From an uncultured Verrucomicrobiae bacterium (GTDB lineage Bacteria; Verrucomicrobiota; Verrucomicrobiia; Chthoniobacterales; Chthoniobacteraceae): 64,000 nucleotides of DNA. Both the position numbers and the translations under genes were made by a program. The stretch is from the NCBI GenBank assembly GCA_963836755.1, contig CAWIKF010000002.1, forward strand, positions 864,001 to 928,000, read 5' to 3'. Positions 39,625 through 49,486 of the stretch are shown here, one piece after another. How positions within the stretch are numbered: position 1 is the stretch's first letter; each line of letters starts with the position of its first letter. The notes beneath the pieces were generated by a model. That model searched no databases. It worked only from the letters and a program-made list of their open reading frames with translations, and was not told where the DNA came from.

Positions 39625-40656
39625 ATGCGCGGAAGCCGCTTCACACCTTGCTTCGCGCTGATTCTTTTCGCGGCTTCAGCGAGCGCTGCGCCCTTTCGAT
39701 GGACAGTCGGCGGCGATGTTGCCGCGCCTCAATTTAATTCCGCTGATGCCGAACCCGGCGTGGTGCATGATGGAAAAAACCTGCGCGTTCAAATTGCACT
39801 TTGGCCAAACTGGCGGCGCTTTTCGGGAAAAGATTTCGATCATCTGACGCCGCTGCCGGATGCGCAGCGCGATGATTCGTTCGACCAGCCACACGGCGAC
39901 GATGCGTATTGGACGACGGGAATTTGGAACGATGCAGTGGGCAAGTTTTACGCCATCGTGCACGTGGAATATGATTACGCGAAACCGCGGCGCGCATTTC
40001 TTTGGCGTCGGCGAATCGGGCTCGCGACGTCAACGGATCTGGGTGCGCACTGGAATTACGAGGGCGACATCTTGCGCACGAATCCCGCGCGGCGCGGAAA
40101 ACCGAGTGCGCAGTTTTTTGATTTTGGTTGCGGCGACACTTATTTGTTCCCCGATCGCCGCAGCGGATTTTTCTACATTTTCTACATGACGGCGTGGGTG
40201 AAAACCGGGAGCGGCGAGCGGATCGCGCAGGCGATGAATGTCGCGCGAAGCCCGATGAGTAAAGGAATGGCGGCTGGTTCATGGAAAAAATGGAATGGAA
40301 ATGGCTGGACTGAACCGGGCTTGGGCGGCGCTGAAACTCCCGTCTTTCGGGGCGCGGACAGCGCGTCGGTTCATTTCAATTCCTACCTCGGCGCATTCGT
40401 CGCGCTTGGCCGCGATTCGGATGCGCGCTGCTGGATCGCGACGTGTCCGAGCCTCGCCGCAGAGCGCTGGACGCGGCGCGACTACGCATTTCCGCAGCGA
40501 TTTTATTGGTATAATTGGGCGGTCGATTCGGCGACGAATGAGTGCTGCGAGATTGGACAAACTTTTCGCGTTTACTCGTCGCAAGCGGCCACGGCGGGAG
40601 TGGGATCAAAGTTCATGGAAGTGAAATTTTTGGAATCGCAGGCGAGGTCAAAATGA
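39625..40656 (+). CDS. Secreted beta-propeller glycoside-hydrolase-like protein
   Basis: Signal peptide; Asp-box STDLGAHW; Trp/aromatic-rich. Confidence 0.6.
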   Translation: MRGSRFTPCFALILFAASASAAPFRWTVGGDVAAPQFNSADAEPGVVHDGKNLRVQIALWPNWRRFSGKDFDHLTPLPDAQRDDSFDQPHGDDAYWTTGIWNDAVGKFYAIVHVEYDYAKPRRAFLWRRRIGLATSTDLGAHWNYEGDILRTNPARRGKPSAQFFDFGCGDTYLFPDRRSGFFYIFYMTAWVKTGSGERIAQAMNVARSPMSKGMAAGSWKKWNGNGWTEPGLGGAETPVFRGADSASVHFNSYLGAFVALGRDSDARCWIATCPSLAAERWTRRDYAFPQRFYWYNWAVDSATNECCEIGQTFRVYSSQAATAGVGSKFMEVKFLESQARSK

Positions 40657-40711
40657 AGAATCTGCGAATTTTCCATTTGGAAAAAGTGAGAGCCGGAAAA
40701 ATAATAAAACT

Positions 40712-41185
40712 GTGCAAGATTTTGAACGAAAGGTGAGTGCGGCGCAGGGTTATTCCGAGCTCGGGATGCATCGCGAGGCGCTGGCGGAATTGAATGCGCT
40801 CGATGAATCGGCTCAGGAGCAGCCGGAGATTCTGGAAATGCGGCTGCTGATTTTGATGCATGCGAAAAAGTGGAAGGAGGCGCTGGCGATCAGCCGCCGG
40901 CTCTGCAAATCTGCGCCGGAGTCGCACGCGGGATTCGTGCATGCGGCTTTTTGTTTGCACGAACTTGGCAAAACCGATGAGGCAAAAACTGTTCTTCTCG
41001 GCGGGCCGGCATCGCTGAGCAATGAACCGACTTATCATTACAATCTCGCGTGCTACGAATGCGCGCTGGGGAATCTCGAGGCTGCGCGCGCTCATCTGGA
41101 TGTGAGTTTTTCGATGGACAAAAAGTTCCGCGAGTTTGCGAGGACGGATCCGGATTTGGCGCCGCTGCGTCGCGAGGAGTCGTAG
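40712..41185 (+). CDS. TPR-repeat protein
   Basis: AQGYSELGM, AFCLHELG, YHYNLACYEC...ARTDPDLAPL (TPR-end type). Confidence 0.8.
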   Translation: MQDFERKVSAAQGYSELGMHREALAELNALDESAQEQPEILEMRLLILMHAKKWKEALAISRRLCKSAPESHAGFVHAAFCLHELGKTDEAKTVLLGGPASLSNEPTYHYNLACYECALGNLEAARAHLDVSFSMDKKFREFARTDPDLAPLRREES

Positions 41186-41343
41186 GGACAACACCAACAT
41201 TTTGTTGACAGCGGCGTAAAGATTTGGAAATTTGCGCAACGTTAGTCCGCGCTAAACGGCAGTTCGCCTCTCGGCTGAAACTTCCTTCGCTACCGAAAGC
41301 TGGCGCATTCCTTTTTATTTTACCGGAAATCCAATTCCCCGAT

Positions 41344-42099
41344 ATGGCGGGTCATAGCAAGTGGTCGAAAGTCAAGCGCTTCAAAGGCGCTCTCGATGTG
41401 AAGCGTGGAAAGCTTTTTTCAAAACTTTCCAAGGAAATCACTGTCGCCACGAAGCTGGGCGGCGGCGATGCCGGCGCAAATCCGCGGCTCCGCAGCGCAA
41501 TCCTCGCGGCGCGCGCGCAGTCGATGCCGAATGAAAATATCGAGCGCGCGATCAAGCGCGGGACGGGCGAGGGTGCGGACGCGCCGAATTTTGAGGAGTT
41601 GATTTATGAGGGTTATGCGCCGGGCGGCGTGGCGGTGATCGTCGAGGTGGCGACGGATAACAAAAACCGCGCGGCCGCGGATTTGCGGCTCATTTTTACC
41701 AAGCATCACGGCCATCTCGCATCGAGCAGGAGCGTTTCCTACATGTTTCACCGCAAGGGGATGATCACGCTGCGGCGCGAGCAAATCGCGGAGGATCGAC
41801 TGCTGGAAATTGTGCTCGAAGCCGGCGCGGAAGAGTTGACAAGCGATGATGAACATTATGTCATCAGGACCGCGCACGACCGGCTTTACGCGGTCGCGGA
41901 GGTGCTGAAGAACGCGGGCTTGGCTGCGGATTCGCAAAAACTGACCTACATCCCTGAATCCACTGTGCCGGTGGCGGACGAATCAACGGCAGCAGAAGTG
42001 ATTGGCCTCTGCGACGCGCTCGAGGACAACGACGACGTGCAGAACGTGTATTCGAATTTTGACGTGCCGGAAGAAGGTCTGGCCAAGATTTCCGCTTAA
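41344..42099 (+). CDS. yebC: YebC/PmpR family protein
   Basis: MAGHSKW, NPRLR, YEGYAPGG, TDNKNR, LEDNDDVQNVYSN. Confidence 0.95.
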   Translation: MAGHSKWSKVKRFKGALDVKRGKLFSKLSKEITVATKLGGGDAGANPRLRSAILAARAQSMPNENIERAIKRGTGEGADAPNFEELIYEGYAPGGVAVIVEVATDNKNRAAADLRLIFTKHHGHLASSRSVSYMFHRKGMITLRREQIAEDRLLEIVLEAGAEELTSDDEHYVIRTAHDRLYAVAEVLKNAGLAADSQKLTYIPESTVPVADESTAAEVIGLCDALEDNDDVQNVYSNFDVPEEGLAKISA

Positions 42100-42153
42100 A
42101 TTTTTCACTCATTTTGAAGTGCGGATTCCGAGCCGACTTCGCACCCAGATTAC

Positions 42154-43734
42154 ATGCCCATTATGACAGACCCGACCGAAAACCAGCCGACGGTGGAGGA
42201 GCCTAAAAAGCCCGTGCGCCGCAGGACTACTCGTGCCAAAAGCACCACTGCGGCAAAACCTGGGAAAGCGAAAGCGCCCGACGAAACACCACACGACGCC
42301 GCTCCTGCCGCGGAAGAAAGTTCTGTGGCGCACGTTGAAAATGTTTCCGATGGAAATGGCGACGTTGCGCCTGAGGCAAAGACAGAAGTTCAGGAAACTG
42401 CGCCGCCGGTTGCTGAAAAAGTGGTTGCTTCTCCGGTCGAAAACCGTTCGCCGGTTGATGCGCTCGCTTCCTTGCGTGCCGCCGCGGCTGCCGCGCGCCC
42501 GCCCACGCAGCGCCCGCCAGTTTCTTATGACTCGTCCGCTTCCGCAGTGGAAACGCTACGCGCCGCCGCGCGTGCGGAGCGCACAGTTCCCGCGTCGCCG
42601 CCGGAACCGCGCGAGCCCGAGGTGCCGGCCGAAATTGTCTACGGCGAAGGGATTGTCGAAATTTCCGGCAAGGGCTTCGGCTTTATCCGCGATCAAAAAC
42701 GCGGCTTCGCGCAGAGCCCGCTCGATATTTTCGTGACGCCGGAAGTGGTGCGTCGCTTCAATCTGCGCGACGGCCAATGGATCAAAGGCGAGATCCGCCG
42801 CGGCAGTCGCGGCCCCCAATTACACCGGCTGCTGGAAGTGAACGGCGACGCGCCGGAGAGCGTGGTCAACCTGCCAGTCTTTGAGGAATTGACCGTCATC
42901 AGCCCGACGGAACGCATCCGGCTCGAGACAGTCCCGGATCGTTACACGACGCGCGTGATGGACATGATGACGCCGATCGGCAAAGGCCAGCGCGGCCTCA
43001 TCGTTGCTCCGCCGCGCACCGGCAAGACGACGCTGCTCCAGCATATTGCAGACGCTGTCGCGAAAAATCATCCGGAGACAAAGTTGATCATTTTGCTCGT
43101 CGATGAGCGGCCGGAGGAAGTGACGGAAATTCGCCGCACCTGCCCGACGGCCGAGATCATGGCGAGCTCGAACGACAGCGATTTGAAAAGTCACACCCGC
43201 ATCGCGCAACTCGCGATTGAGCGCTCGAAGCGGCTCGTCGAGCAAAACCAGGATGTCTTTGTGTTGTTGGACTCGATTACACGTGTTGGTCGCGCGTTTA
43301 ACAACTCGATGGGCGGCGGCGGTCGCACAATGTCGGGCGGCATCGACGCGCGCGCGCTCGAAATCCCGCGCAAACTTTTCGCCGCGGCGCGCAATACCGA
43401 GGAAGCCGGCTCACTCACCATCATCGCGACCGCGCTCATCGAAACGGGCTCGCGCATGGACGAGCTGATTTTCCAAGAGTTCAAGGGAACGGGCAACATG
43501 GAGATGGTGCTCGACCGAAAAGTCAGCGACCTGCGCATCTATCCGGCGATCGATATTTTCAAAAGCGGCACACGGCGCGAGGAACTGCTCCTGCCCGCCG
43601 AGCAGCTTCATAAAATCAACGTCATTCGGCGCGGATTGAGCGGGCATAAGCCCGAGGAGGCGATTGAGCGGCTGCTGATGTTCGTGCGGAAGTTCCCGAC
43701 GAACGCGCAGATGCTGAAAGAAATTCCGGGCTAG
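42154..43734 (+). CDS. rho: Transcription termination factor Rho with N-terminal low-complexity extension
   Basis: GFGFIR, PIGKGQRGLIVAPPRTGKT, DERPEEVT, LDSITR, EFKGTGNME, SGTRREE. Confidence 0.97.
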   Translation: MPIMTDPTENQPTVEEPKKPVRRRTTRAKSTTAAKPGKAKAPDETPHDAAPAAEESSVAHVENVSDGNGDVAPEAKTEVQETAPPVAEKVVASPVENRSPVDALASLRAAAAAARPPTQRPPVSYDSSASAVETLRAAARAERTVPASPPEPREPEVPAEIVYGEGIVEISGKGFGFIRDQKRGFAQSPLDIFVTPEVVRRFNLRDGQWIKGEIRRGSRGPQLHRLLEVNGDAPESVVNLPVFEELTVISPTERIRLETVPDRYTTRVMDMMTPIGKGQRGLIVAPPRTGKTTLLQHIADAVAKNHPETKLIILLVDERPEEVTEIRRTCPTAEIMASSNDSDLKSHTRIAQLAIERSKRLVEQNQDVFVLLDSITRVGRAFNNSMGGGGRTMSGGIDARALEIPRKLFAAARNTEEAGSLTIIATALIETGSRMDELIFQEFKGTGNMEMVLDRKVSDLRIYPAIDIFKSGTRREELLLPAEQLHKINVIRRGLSGHKPEEAIERLLMFVRKFPTNAQMLKEIPG

Positions 43735-44027
43735 GCCTGGAATTTTTTGAAAACCGCCGAGGCCGGGGGCGTCGGGCGATTCGCCGCCGTCGCATCAAAG
43801 GTTGCTTGCAGCGCTTGCTGAAAGCTTTGCAGCAGCGTCACAATTTTCGGCCCGCGCTCGAGCACAGACACTGCGAGTTTTTCGTAATAAGCCGGATTGC
43901 GCTGACCCAACTCCGCCTGTGCCATGATCACGGCGAGATCGTTGTTGATCGCGTGCTTTACGTCTTTGCGGAAACGCTCGTAAAGCTCAGCGATCTCGCT
44001 GCTCGGGATGAGGTCAGGATTTTCCAT
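43731..44027 (-). CDS. Small hypothetical protein with HisKA-like H-box
   Basis: KHAINNDLAVIMAQAEL motif; no ATPase domain; fills the gap between rho and uvrA. Confidence 0.6.
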   Translation of the reverse strand: MENPDLIPSSEIAELYERFRKDVKHAINNDLAVIMAQAELGQRNPAYYEKLAVSVLERGPKIVTLLQSFQQALQATFDATAANRPTPPASAVFKKFQA

Positions 44028-44156
44028 GGCGTCGGAATGTAAAGCTCTATTCGTGCCAGAACAGTTGTGATTTTTGTTTTAGCGAAAATCGCGGTGCGAA
44101 CACTGGCCGGGGAGCGGGGGATGTGCTTTGCTTGAGGGTTCACGTAATCGCGAGAA

Positions 44157-47036
44157 ATGCCAGCACAAACGATCAAGATTGCGGGAGCGCGGCAGCACAA
44201 TCTCAAGAACCTCACGCTCGAGATTCCGCGCGAAAAGCTCGTCGTCATCACCGGCCTCAGCGGTTCGGGTAAAAGTTCGCTCGCGTTTGACACACTCTAC
44301 GCCGAGGGCCAGCGCCGCTACGTCGAGAGCCTCTCCGCCTATGCGCGGCAATTTCTCGATCAAATGCAAAAGCCCGATGTGGATTTCATCGAGGGTCTTT
44401 CTCCGGCGATCGCCATCGAGCAGCGCAGCTCCGCGACGAATCCTCGCTCGACCATCGCGACGACCACGGAAATTTACGATTATCTCCGGCTCCTTTTTGC
44501 GAGCGTCGGGCAGCCGCACGATCCCGCCACCGGCGCGCCCGTGTTTAAACAAACGCCGCAGCAGATCGTCGATCAAATCCTCGCGTGGCAGCCGGAGACG
44601 AAAATTGTCGTCCTCGCGCCGGTCGTGCGCGGGCAGAGCGGGGAGTTCCGCGACGTGCTGGAAAAAATCAAGCGCGAAGGTTTCGTCCGCGCGCGAATCG
44701 ATGGCGAAATCCTCGAGCTCGCGCAGCCCGAGCCGATCAAGCTCAAGCCGAAACGTCACAGCATTGAGGTCGTCGTCGATCGCCTCGTCATCCGCGACGG
44801 CGTCCGCCAACGCCTCGCCGACAGCATTGAAACTGCGCTGAAATGGGGCGGCGCGCGGCTTATCGTTCTCCGCCAGGAGCGCGCGCTGGCGGGCGAAGAA
44901 CTTTGGAGCGAGCAGCGTTTCTCGACCGAATTTTGTAATCCCGAGACCGACTTCACGCTCCCGCAGTTCACGCCGAAACATTTTTCCTTTAACAGCCACC
45001 TCGGCGCCTGCCCTGCCTGCCACGGCCTCGGCACCGAACTCGTGTGCGACGCCGAGCTGATGATCCCGGACCCGGGAAAGTCGCTGGACGAGGGCGCCGT
45101 CGCGCCATGGCGGAAAGTCAACAAACGGATGCAAGGCTACTACGCCGGCCTCCTCGTCTCGCTCGCCCGCCATTTTCACGCGCCGACCGACGTCGCTTTC
45201 GCGGACCTGCCGCAGACTTTCAAGGACGCGCTTTTCTTCGGCACCGGCGACCGCGCGATCGACATTTCGTGGGGTAAAACCAAGCGAGCTGCGGTGAGCA
45301 AAAGTTTCGAGGGACTCGTCGCGCACCTCCAGCACCTTTACGACACCACCGAGAGCGAGTTCACGAAAAACCGCATCCGCGCCTACATGAGCCGCCGCGA
45401 ATGCTCCGTCTGCCACGGCGCGCGGCTGCGTCCGGAAATCCTCGCAGTAACTGTGAAAACTTTTACCGACGGCGCCGAACGAAACATCCAGCAGCTTTGC
45501 CAGCTCAGCGTCGCGCAGGCGAAGATCTTTCTCGAAAATCTCGAGCTTACCGAGCAGCAGCGCTTCATCGTCACCGAAGTCCTTCGGGAAATTCTCGCGC
45601 GGCTCGGTTTTTTAAACGAAGTCGGCCTCGGTTACCTCACGCTCGACCGCGAAAGCGGCACGCTCTCCGGCGGTGAAGCGCAACGCATCCGGCTCGCCAG
45701 CCAGATCGGCAGCGGCCTTGCCGGCGTGCTTTACGTGCTCGACGAGCCAAGCATCGGCCTGCACCAGCGCGATAACGACCGCCTCATCGGCACGCTTCGC
45801 CGCTTGCGCGATCTCGGCAACTCCGTCGTCGTGGTCGAGCACGATGAAGACACGATCCGCGCCGCAGACCACGTGCTCGATCTCGGCCCCGGCGCGGGCG
45901 CGCGCGGCGGCGAATTGATCGCGCAAGGGACACTCGCGGATATTTTACAAAATCAAACATCCGCGACTGCGGCGTATTTGTCGGGGCGGCTGAAAATTCC
46001 GGTTCCGAAGCAGCGCGTGCTCCCTGCCGGAAAGTCTGCGCGCGACGGCTGGCTCACGATCAGCGGCGCGACTGAGAACAATCTCCAGAACGTTACCGCC
46101 GCGTTTCCACTTGGCTGTTTTACTTGCGTCACCGGCGTCTCGGGCAGCGGCAAATCGACGCTCGTCGATGACATCCTCCGGCGCGCACTTTTTCGCCATT
46201 TTTACGGAAACAAAGATCGCCCCGGCGCGTATGCGGCGTTGCACGGCCTCGACCAAATCGACAAAGCCATCGTCATCGATCAAAGCCCGATTGGCCGCAC
46301 ACCGCGCTCGAATCCGGTGACCTACACCGGCGCGTTCGCACCGATCCGCGCCCTCTTCGCACAGCTCCCGACGGCGCGCGTGCGCGGCTACGATGCCGGC
46401 CGATTTTCGTTCAACGTCAAGGGCGGCCGCTGCGAGAATTGCGAGGGCGGCGGCCTCATTAAAATCGAGATGCACTTTCTCGCCGACGTCTATGTCGAGT
46501 GCGAAATCTGCCGCGGCCGGCGCTACAATCGCGAGACGCTGGAGATCACTTACAAAGGCCGCAACATCGCGGATGTCCTAGATTTGACCGTCGACGAAGC
46601 CGCGCGATTTTTTCGTAACGTGCCCACAATTTCCGACAAACTCATCGCACTGGAAGATGTCGGGCTCGGCTACGTCCGGCTCGGCCAAAGCGCCACGACG
46701 CTCAGCGGCGGCGAAGCGCAGCGCATCAAACTTGCGACCGAGCTCGCGAAAAAAGCGACCGGGCGCACCGTTTACATCTTGGACGAACCGACGACCGGCT
46801 TGCACTTTGCCGACATCCACAAGCTGCTGGAAGTTTTGATGAAATTGCGCGACGCCGGCAACACGCTCATCGTGATCGAGCACAACCTTGAAGTGATCAA
46901 ATGCGCCGATTGGGTCATCGATCTCGGCCCCGAGGGCGGCGACGGCGGCGGCCGGATCATCGGCGAAGGCACGCCTGAAATCATCGCGGGCCTTGCCGCG
47001 AGCCACACCGGGCGGTATTTGAAACGCGTGCTGTGA
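44157..47036 (+). CDS. uvrA: Excinuclease ABC subunit A
   Basis: GARQHNLK, GLSGSGKSS, LSGGEAQRIRLA, second Walker A GVSGSGKST, C-terminal Zn finger. Confidence 0.98.
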   Translation: MPAQTIKIAGARQHNLKNLTLEIPREKLVVITGLSGSGKSSLAFDTLYAEGQRRYVESLSAYARQFLDQMQKPDVDFIEGLSPAIAIEQRSSATNPRSTIATTTEIYDYLRLLFASVGQPHDPATGAPVFKQTPQQIVDQILAWQPETKIVVLAPVVRGQSGEFRDVLEKIKREGFVRARIDGEILELAQPEPIKLKPKRHSIEVVVDRLVIRDGVRQRLADSIETALKWGGARLIVLRQERALAGEELWSEQRFSTEFCNPETDFTLPQFTPKHFSFNSHLGACPACHGLGTELVCDAELMIPDPGKSLDEGAVAPWRKVNKRMQGYYAGLLVSLARHFHAPTDVAFADLPQTFKDALFFGTGDRAIDISWGKTKRAAVSKSFEGLVAHLQHLYDTTESEFTKNRIRAYMSRRECSVCHGARLRPEILAVTVKTFTDGAERNIQQLCQLSVAQAKIFLENLELTEQQRFIVTEVLREILARLGFLNEVGLGYLTLDRESGTLSGGEAQRIRLASQIGSGLAGVLYVLDEPSIGLHQRDNDRLIGTLRRLRDLGNSVVVVEHDEDTIRAADHVLDLGPGAGARGGELIAQGTLADILQNQTSATAAYLSGRLKIPVPKQRVLPAGKSARDGWLTISGATENNLQNVTAAFPLGCFTCVTGVSGSGKSTLVDDILRRALFRHFYGNKDRPGAYAALHGLDQIDKAIVIDQSPIGRTPRSNPVTYTGAFAPIRALFAQLPTARVRGYDAGRFSFNVKGGRCENCEGGGLIKIEMHFLADVYVECEICRGRRYNRETLEITYKGRNIADVLDLTVDEAARFFRNVPTISDKLIALEDVGLGYVRLGQSATTLSGGEAQRIKLATELAKKATGRTVYILDEPTTGLHFADIHKLLEVLMKLRDAGNTLIVIEHNLEVIKCADWVIDLGPEGGDGGGRIIGEGTPEIIAGLAASHTGRYLKRVL

Positions 47037-49459
47037 AGAAGCTATTTTTTTCCATCACGCTCGCCGCTGCTCCGCTCGCGGGTGCAATCGCCGCGCAACC
47101 CGGGCACAGCGCGACGCTTGCTGAGGCCGCGCGAGCGACTCGCGAAAAAGTTCCGCAGGTCGCGGTGGAAAAATTGCGCGCATTGCTCGGGGAAAATCTT
47201 TCTTCGGACGAGCGCGCCGAAGCGACGCGCGAGCTGGGGCGCGCGCTCGTCGCGCTCGGCCGCGCACGCGATGCGCTCGCGGTGCTTGGAACCGCCGATG
47301 ATGAATCGCGCTTTCTCCGCGCCGAAGCTTTTGCGGCGCTCGGCCAATGGGCGCAGGCGGAGCCGATTTTTCAAGCGCTGGCCGAAAGCGAATGTCGCTT
47401 TGCGGAAAGCGCTGCGCGCGGCTGGGCTGAATCCTTGCATGCGCGAGGCGAGACCGATGCGGCCGCCAAAGTGCTTGAAAATTTAGTTCAGAAAAAGCCG
47501 GTGGCTGAAAATCAATTGCTCCTCGCGCAATGGAAACTCGAGGAAAACTCGGCTGGAGACGCGGCGAAAATTTTGACGGCAGTGAAGACGGAAAACGCGT
47601 TCGCGGCGAAGTGGAAACAGGTGCTCGAAGGCCGCGTGCTGCTCGCGCACGAGCAGGCCGCTCCAGCGCTGGCAAAATTCGAAGAGGCGACACGCGACCG
47701 CCGCGACCTCACGGAAAACCTTTACGCCAGCGCGACAATCGGCGCGGCGGAAGCGCGCATCGTCCTCAACGGACTCGAGGCCGCGGACAACGTGATCGAG
47801 GATTACATCTGGCAGCAGCCGGAAAGTTCGCACCTCGAAATCATGTTCGCGCGGCTCGATCGGATTTACGACGGCGAGGAAAATCCGTCGTCCTCGGAGC
47901 TGCAAAAATGGATGCAGAAACCGCCGCGCCGGCGTGCTGCGTTCGCGACTTTTTATTATGCGAAGGCGGAAATCCGCGAAAAGAGAACCGAGAAGGCGTT
48001 GCGCACGCTGGGCAGTTTTGTGAGCGATTACCCCGGCGATCCGCTCGTGTCACAAGCGTGGCTGCTGCAAGGCCAGCTGCTGCTCTCGGAGAAGCCGGCG
48101 GAGGCGATTGCGGCATTCGAGGCGGCGCTCCGGACTTGCGGCGACGATGCCGAGCGGGCCGCGGTCGAACTGGAACTCGGCAACGCGCATTTCAAGCAGC
48201 GCGAATTTTTGCTCGCGGCAAATTTTTTCCGCTCGGCCGCCGCGCATTCGCCGCAGCTTTGGAGCGAGGCCACATACGATGCGGCCCTCGCGTGGCTCAA
48301 TCTCGGGAACTACGAACAATTTTTTGAGGACTACAAAAAGCTGAGCGCCCGCTTTCCGGAGAGCAGTTTGCGACAGGATTTGCTGCTCGAGGAAGGGTTG
48401 TTGCAGGCGCGCAGCGGGGACCCGCGAGCGGCGACTTCGCTACGACTTTTTCTGCGCGACTTTCCGAGCCACGCTCGCGCGCAGGAGGCGCGCATCGCGC
48501 TCGCGGAAATCGCGTATCTCGCGTCTGACGCTGCTGGCGCGGAGCAGTGGCTGCGGGTCGCAAACAAAGCAACGGCGGATGGCGGAAGCGAGCGCGGCGA
48601 CTATCTGGCGATCTTCGCAGCCGATGCCGAGCAGTCGCGTGATGATTCAAAAGTGATCGCGCGGTGCGAAAAATTTGCTAGCGACTATCCCAATTCAACC
48701 TTGCTGCCGGATGTGCGGATGAAACTTGGCCAGATTTACTTTCGACGCGAAGATTACGCGAACGCGGAGACCGAGTTTGAAAATCTCGCGCAGGAAGTTT
48801 CCGGGACGCCGCTCGCGCAGACGTGCCTTTTTTTGGCGGGCCAATCGGCAATGCGCAGCATGAGCAGCCACGGCCTCGATCACGCGATTGACCTCTTTGG
48901 GCAGGTGGCAAAACTCAACGGATCGTTAAAACTCTACGCGCGGCAGGAACAGGCGATTGCGAAATCCCGCGGCGGTCAGGAAGCGGAGGCCGTCGACATT
49001 TACGACTCGATTCTGCACGACAATCCCACGGGCGGACTTCGTTTCGCAGCGTTGTGCGGCAAGGCGGACAACCTCCTCGCGACCAATGGCAAGGACGCCA
49101 AAACCGCGGCTGAAGCGCTCGCTCTTTACGATCAAATCGCCGGCGATCCCGAGGTGACGCATCACTGGCGCGACCAAGCCCTTTATAAAAAAGCGAAGTT
49201 TCTCGAGAAAAACGGGGAGACCGATCATGCAATCACAGCGTTTTACGATGTTTTGCAACCGTCAGGTTCGAGCGAGCCGGAATTTTTCTGGTATTTCAAG
49301 GCCGGTTTCGACGCCGCGCGGCTGCTCGAGGCGCAGGAAAAATTCGCGGCGGCGATCGGCATCTACGAAAAGATGGCTGCGACCGATGGCCCCCGCGCCG
49401 AGGAAGCGCAAGCGCGCGCCAACCAATTGCGGCTGGAACATTTCATCTGGAACGAATAG
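47033..49459 (+). CDS. Secreted large TPR-repeat protein (BamD/CpoB-like repeats)
   Basis: Signal peptide; repeated helical units with YPGDP/FPES/FPSH/YPNS turns; GTGA overlap with uvrA. Confidence 0.8.
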   Translation: MKKLFFSITLAAAPLAGAIAAQPGHSATLAEAARATREKVPQVAVEKLRALLGENLSSDERAEATRELGRALVALGRARDALAVLGTADDESRFLRAEAFAALGQWAQAEPIFQALAESECRFAESAARGWAESLHARGETDAAAKVLENLVQKKPVAENQLLLAQWKLEENSAGDAAKILTAVKTENAFAAKWKQVLEGRVLLAHEQAAPALAKFEEATRDRRDLTENLYASATIGAAEARIVLNGLEAADNVIEDYIWQQPESSHLEIMFARLDRIYDGEENPSSSELQKWMQKPPRRRAAFATFYYAKAEIREKRTEKALRTLGSFVSDYPGDPLVSQAWLLQGQLLLSEKPAEAIAAFEAALRTCGDDAERAAVELELGNAHFKQREFLLAANFFRSAAAHSPQLWSEATYDAALAWLNLGNYEQFFEDYKKLSARFPESSLRQDLLLEEGLLQARSGDPRAATSLRLFLRDFPSHARAQEARIALAEIAYLASDAAGAEQWLRVANKATADGGSERGDYLAIFAADAEQSRDDSKVIARCEKFASDYPNSTLLPDVRMKLGQIYFRREDYANAETEFENLAQEVSGTPLAQTCLFLAGQSAMRSMSSHGLDHAIDLFGQVAKLNGSLKLYARQEQAIAKSRGGQEAEAVDIYDSILHDNPTGGLRFAALCGKADNLLATNGKDAKTAAEALALYDQIAGDPEVTHHWRDQALYKKAKFLEKNGETDHAITAFYDVLQPSGSSEPEFFWYFKAGFDAARLLEAQEKFAAAIGIYEKMAATDGPRAEEAQARANQLRLEHFIWNE

Positions 49460-49486
49460 GTGAATGCGCTCTCAAGCTTAAAAAAA

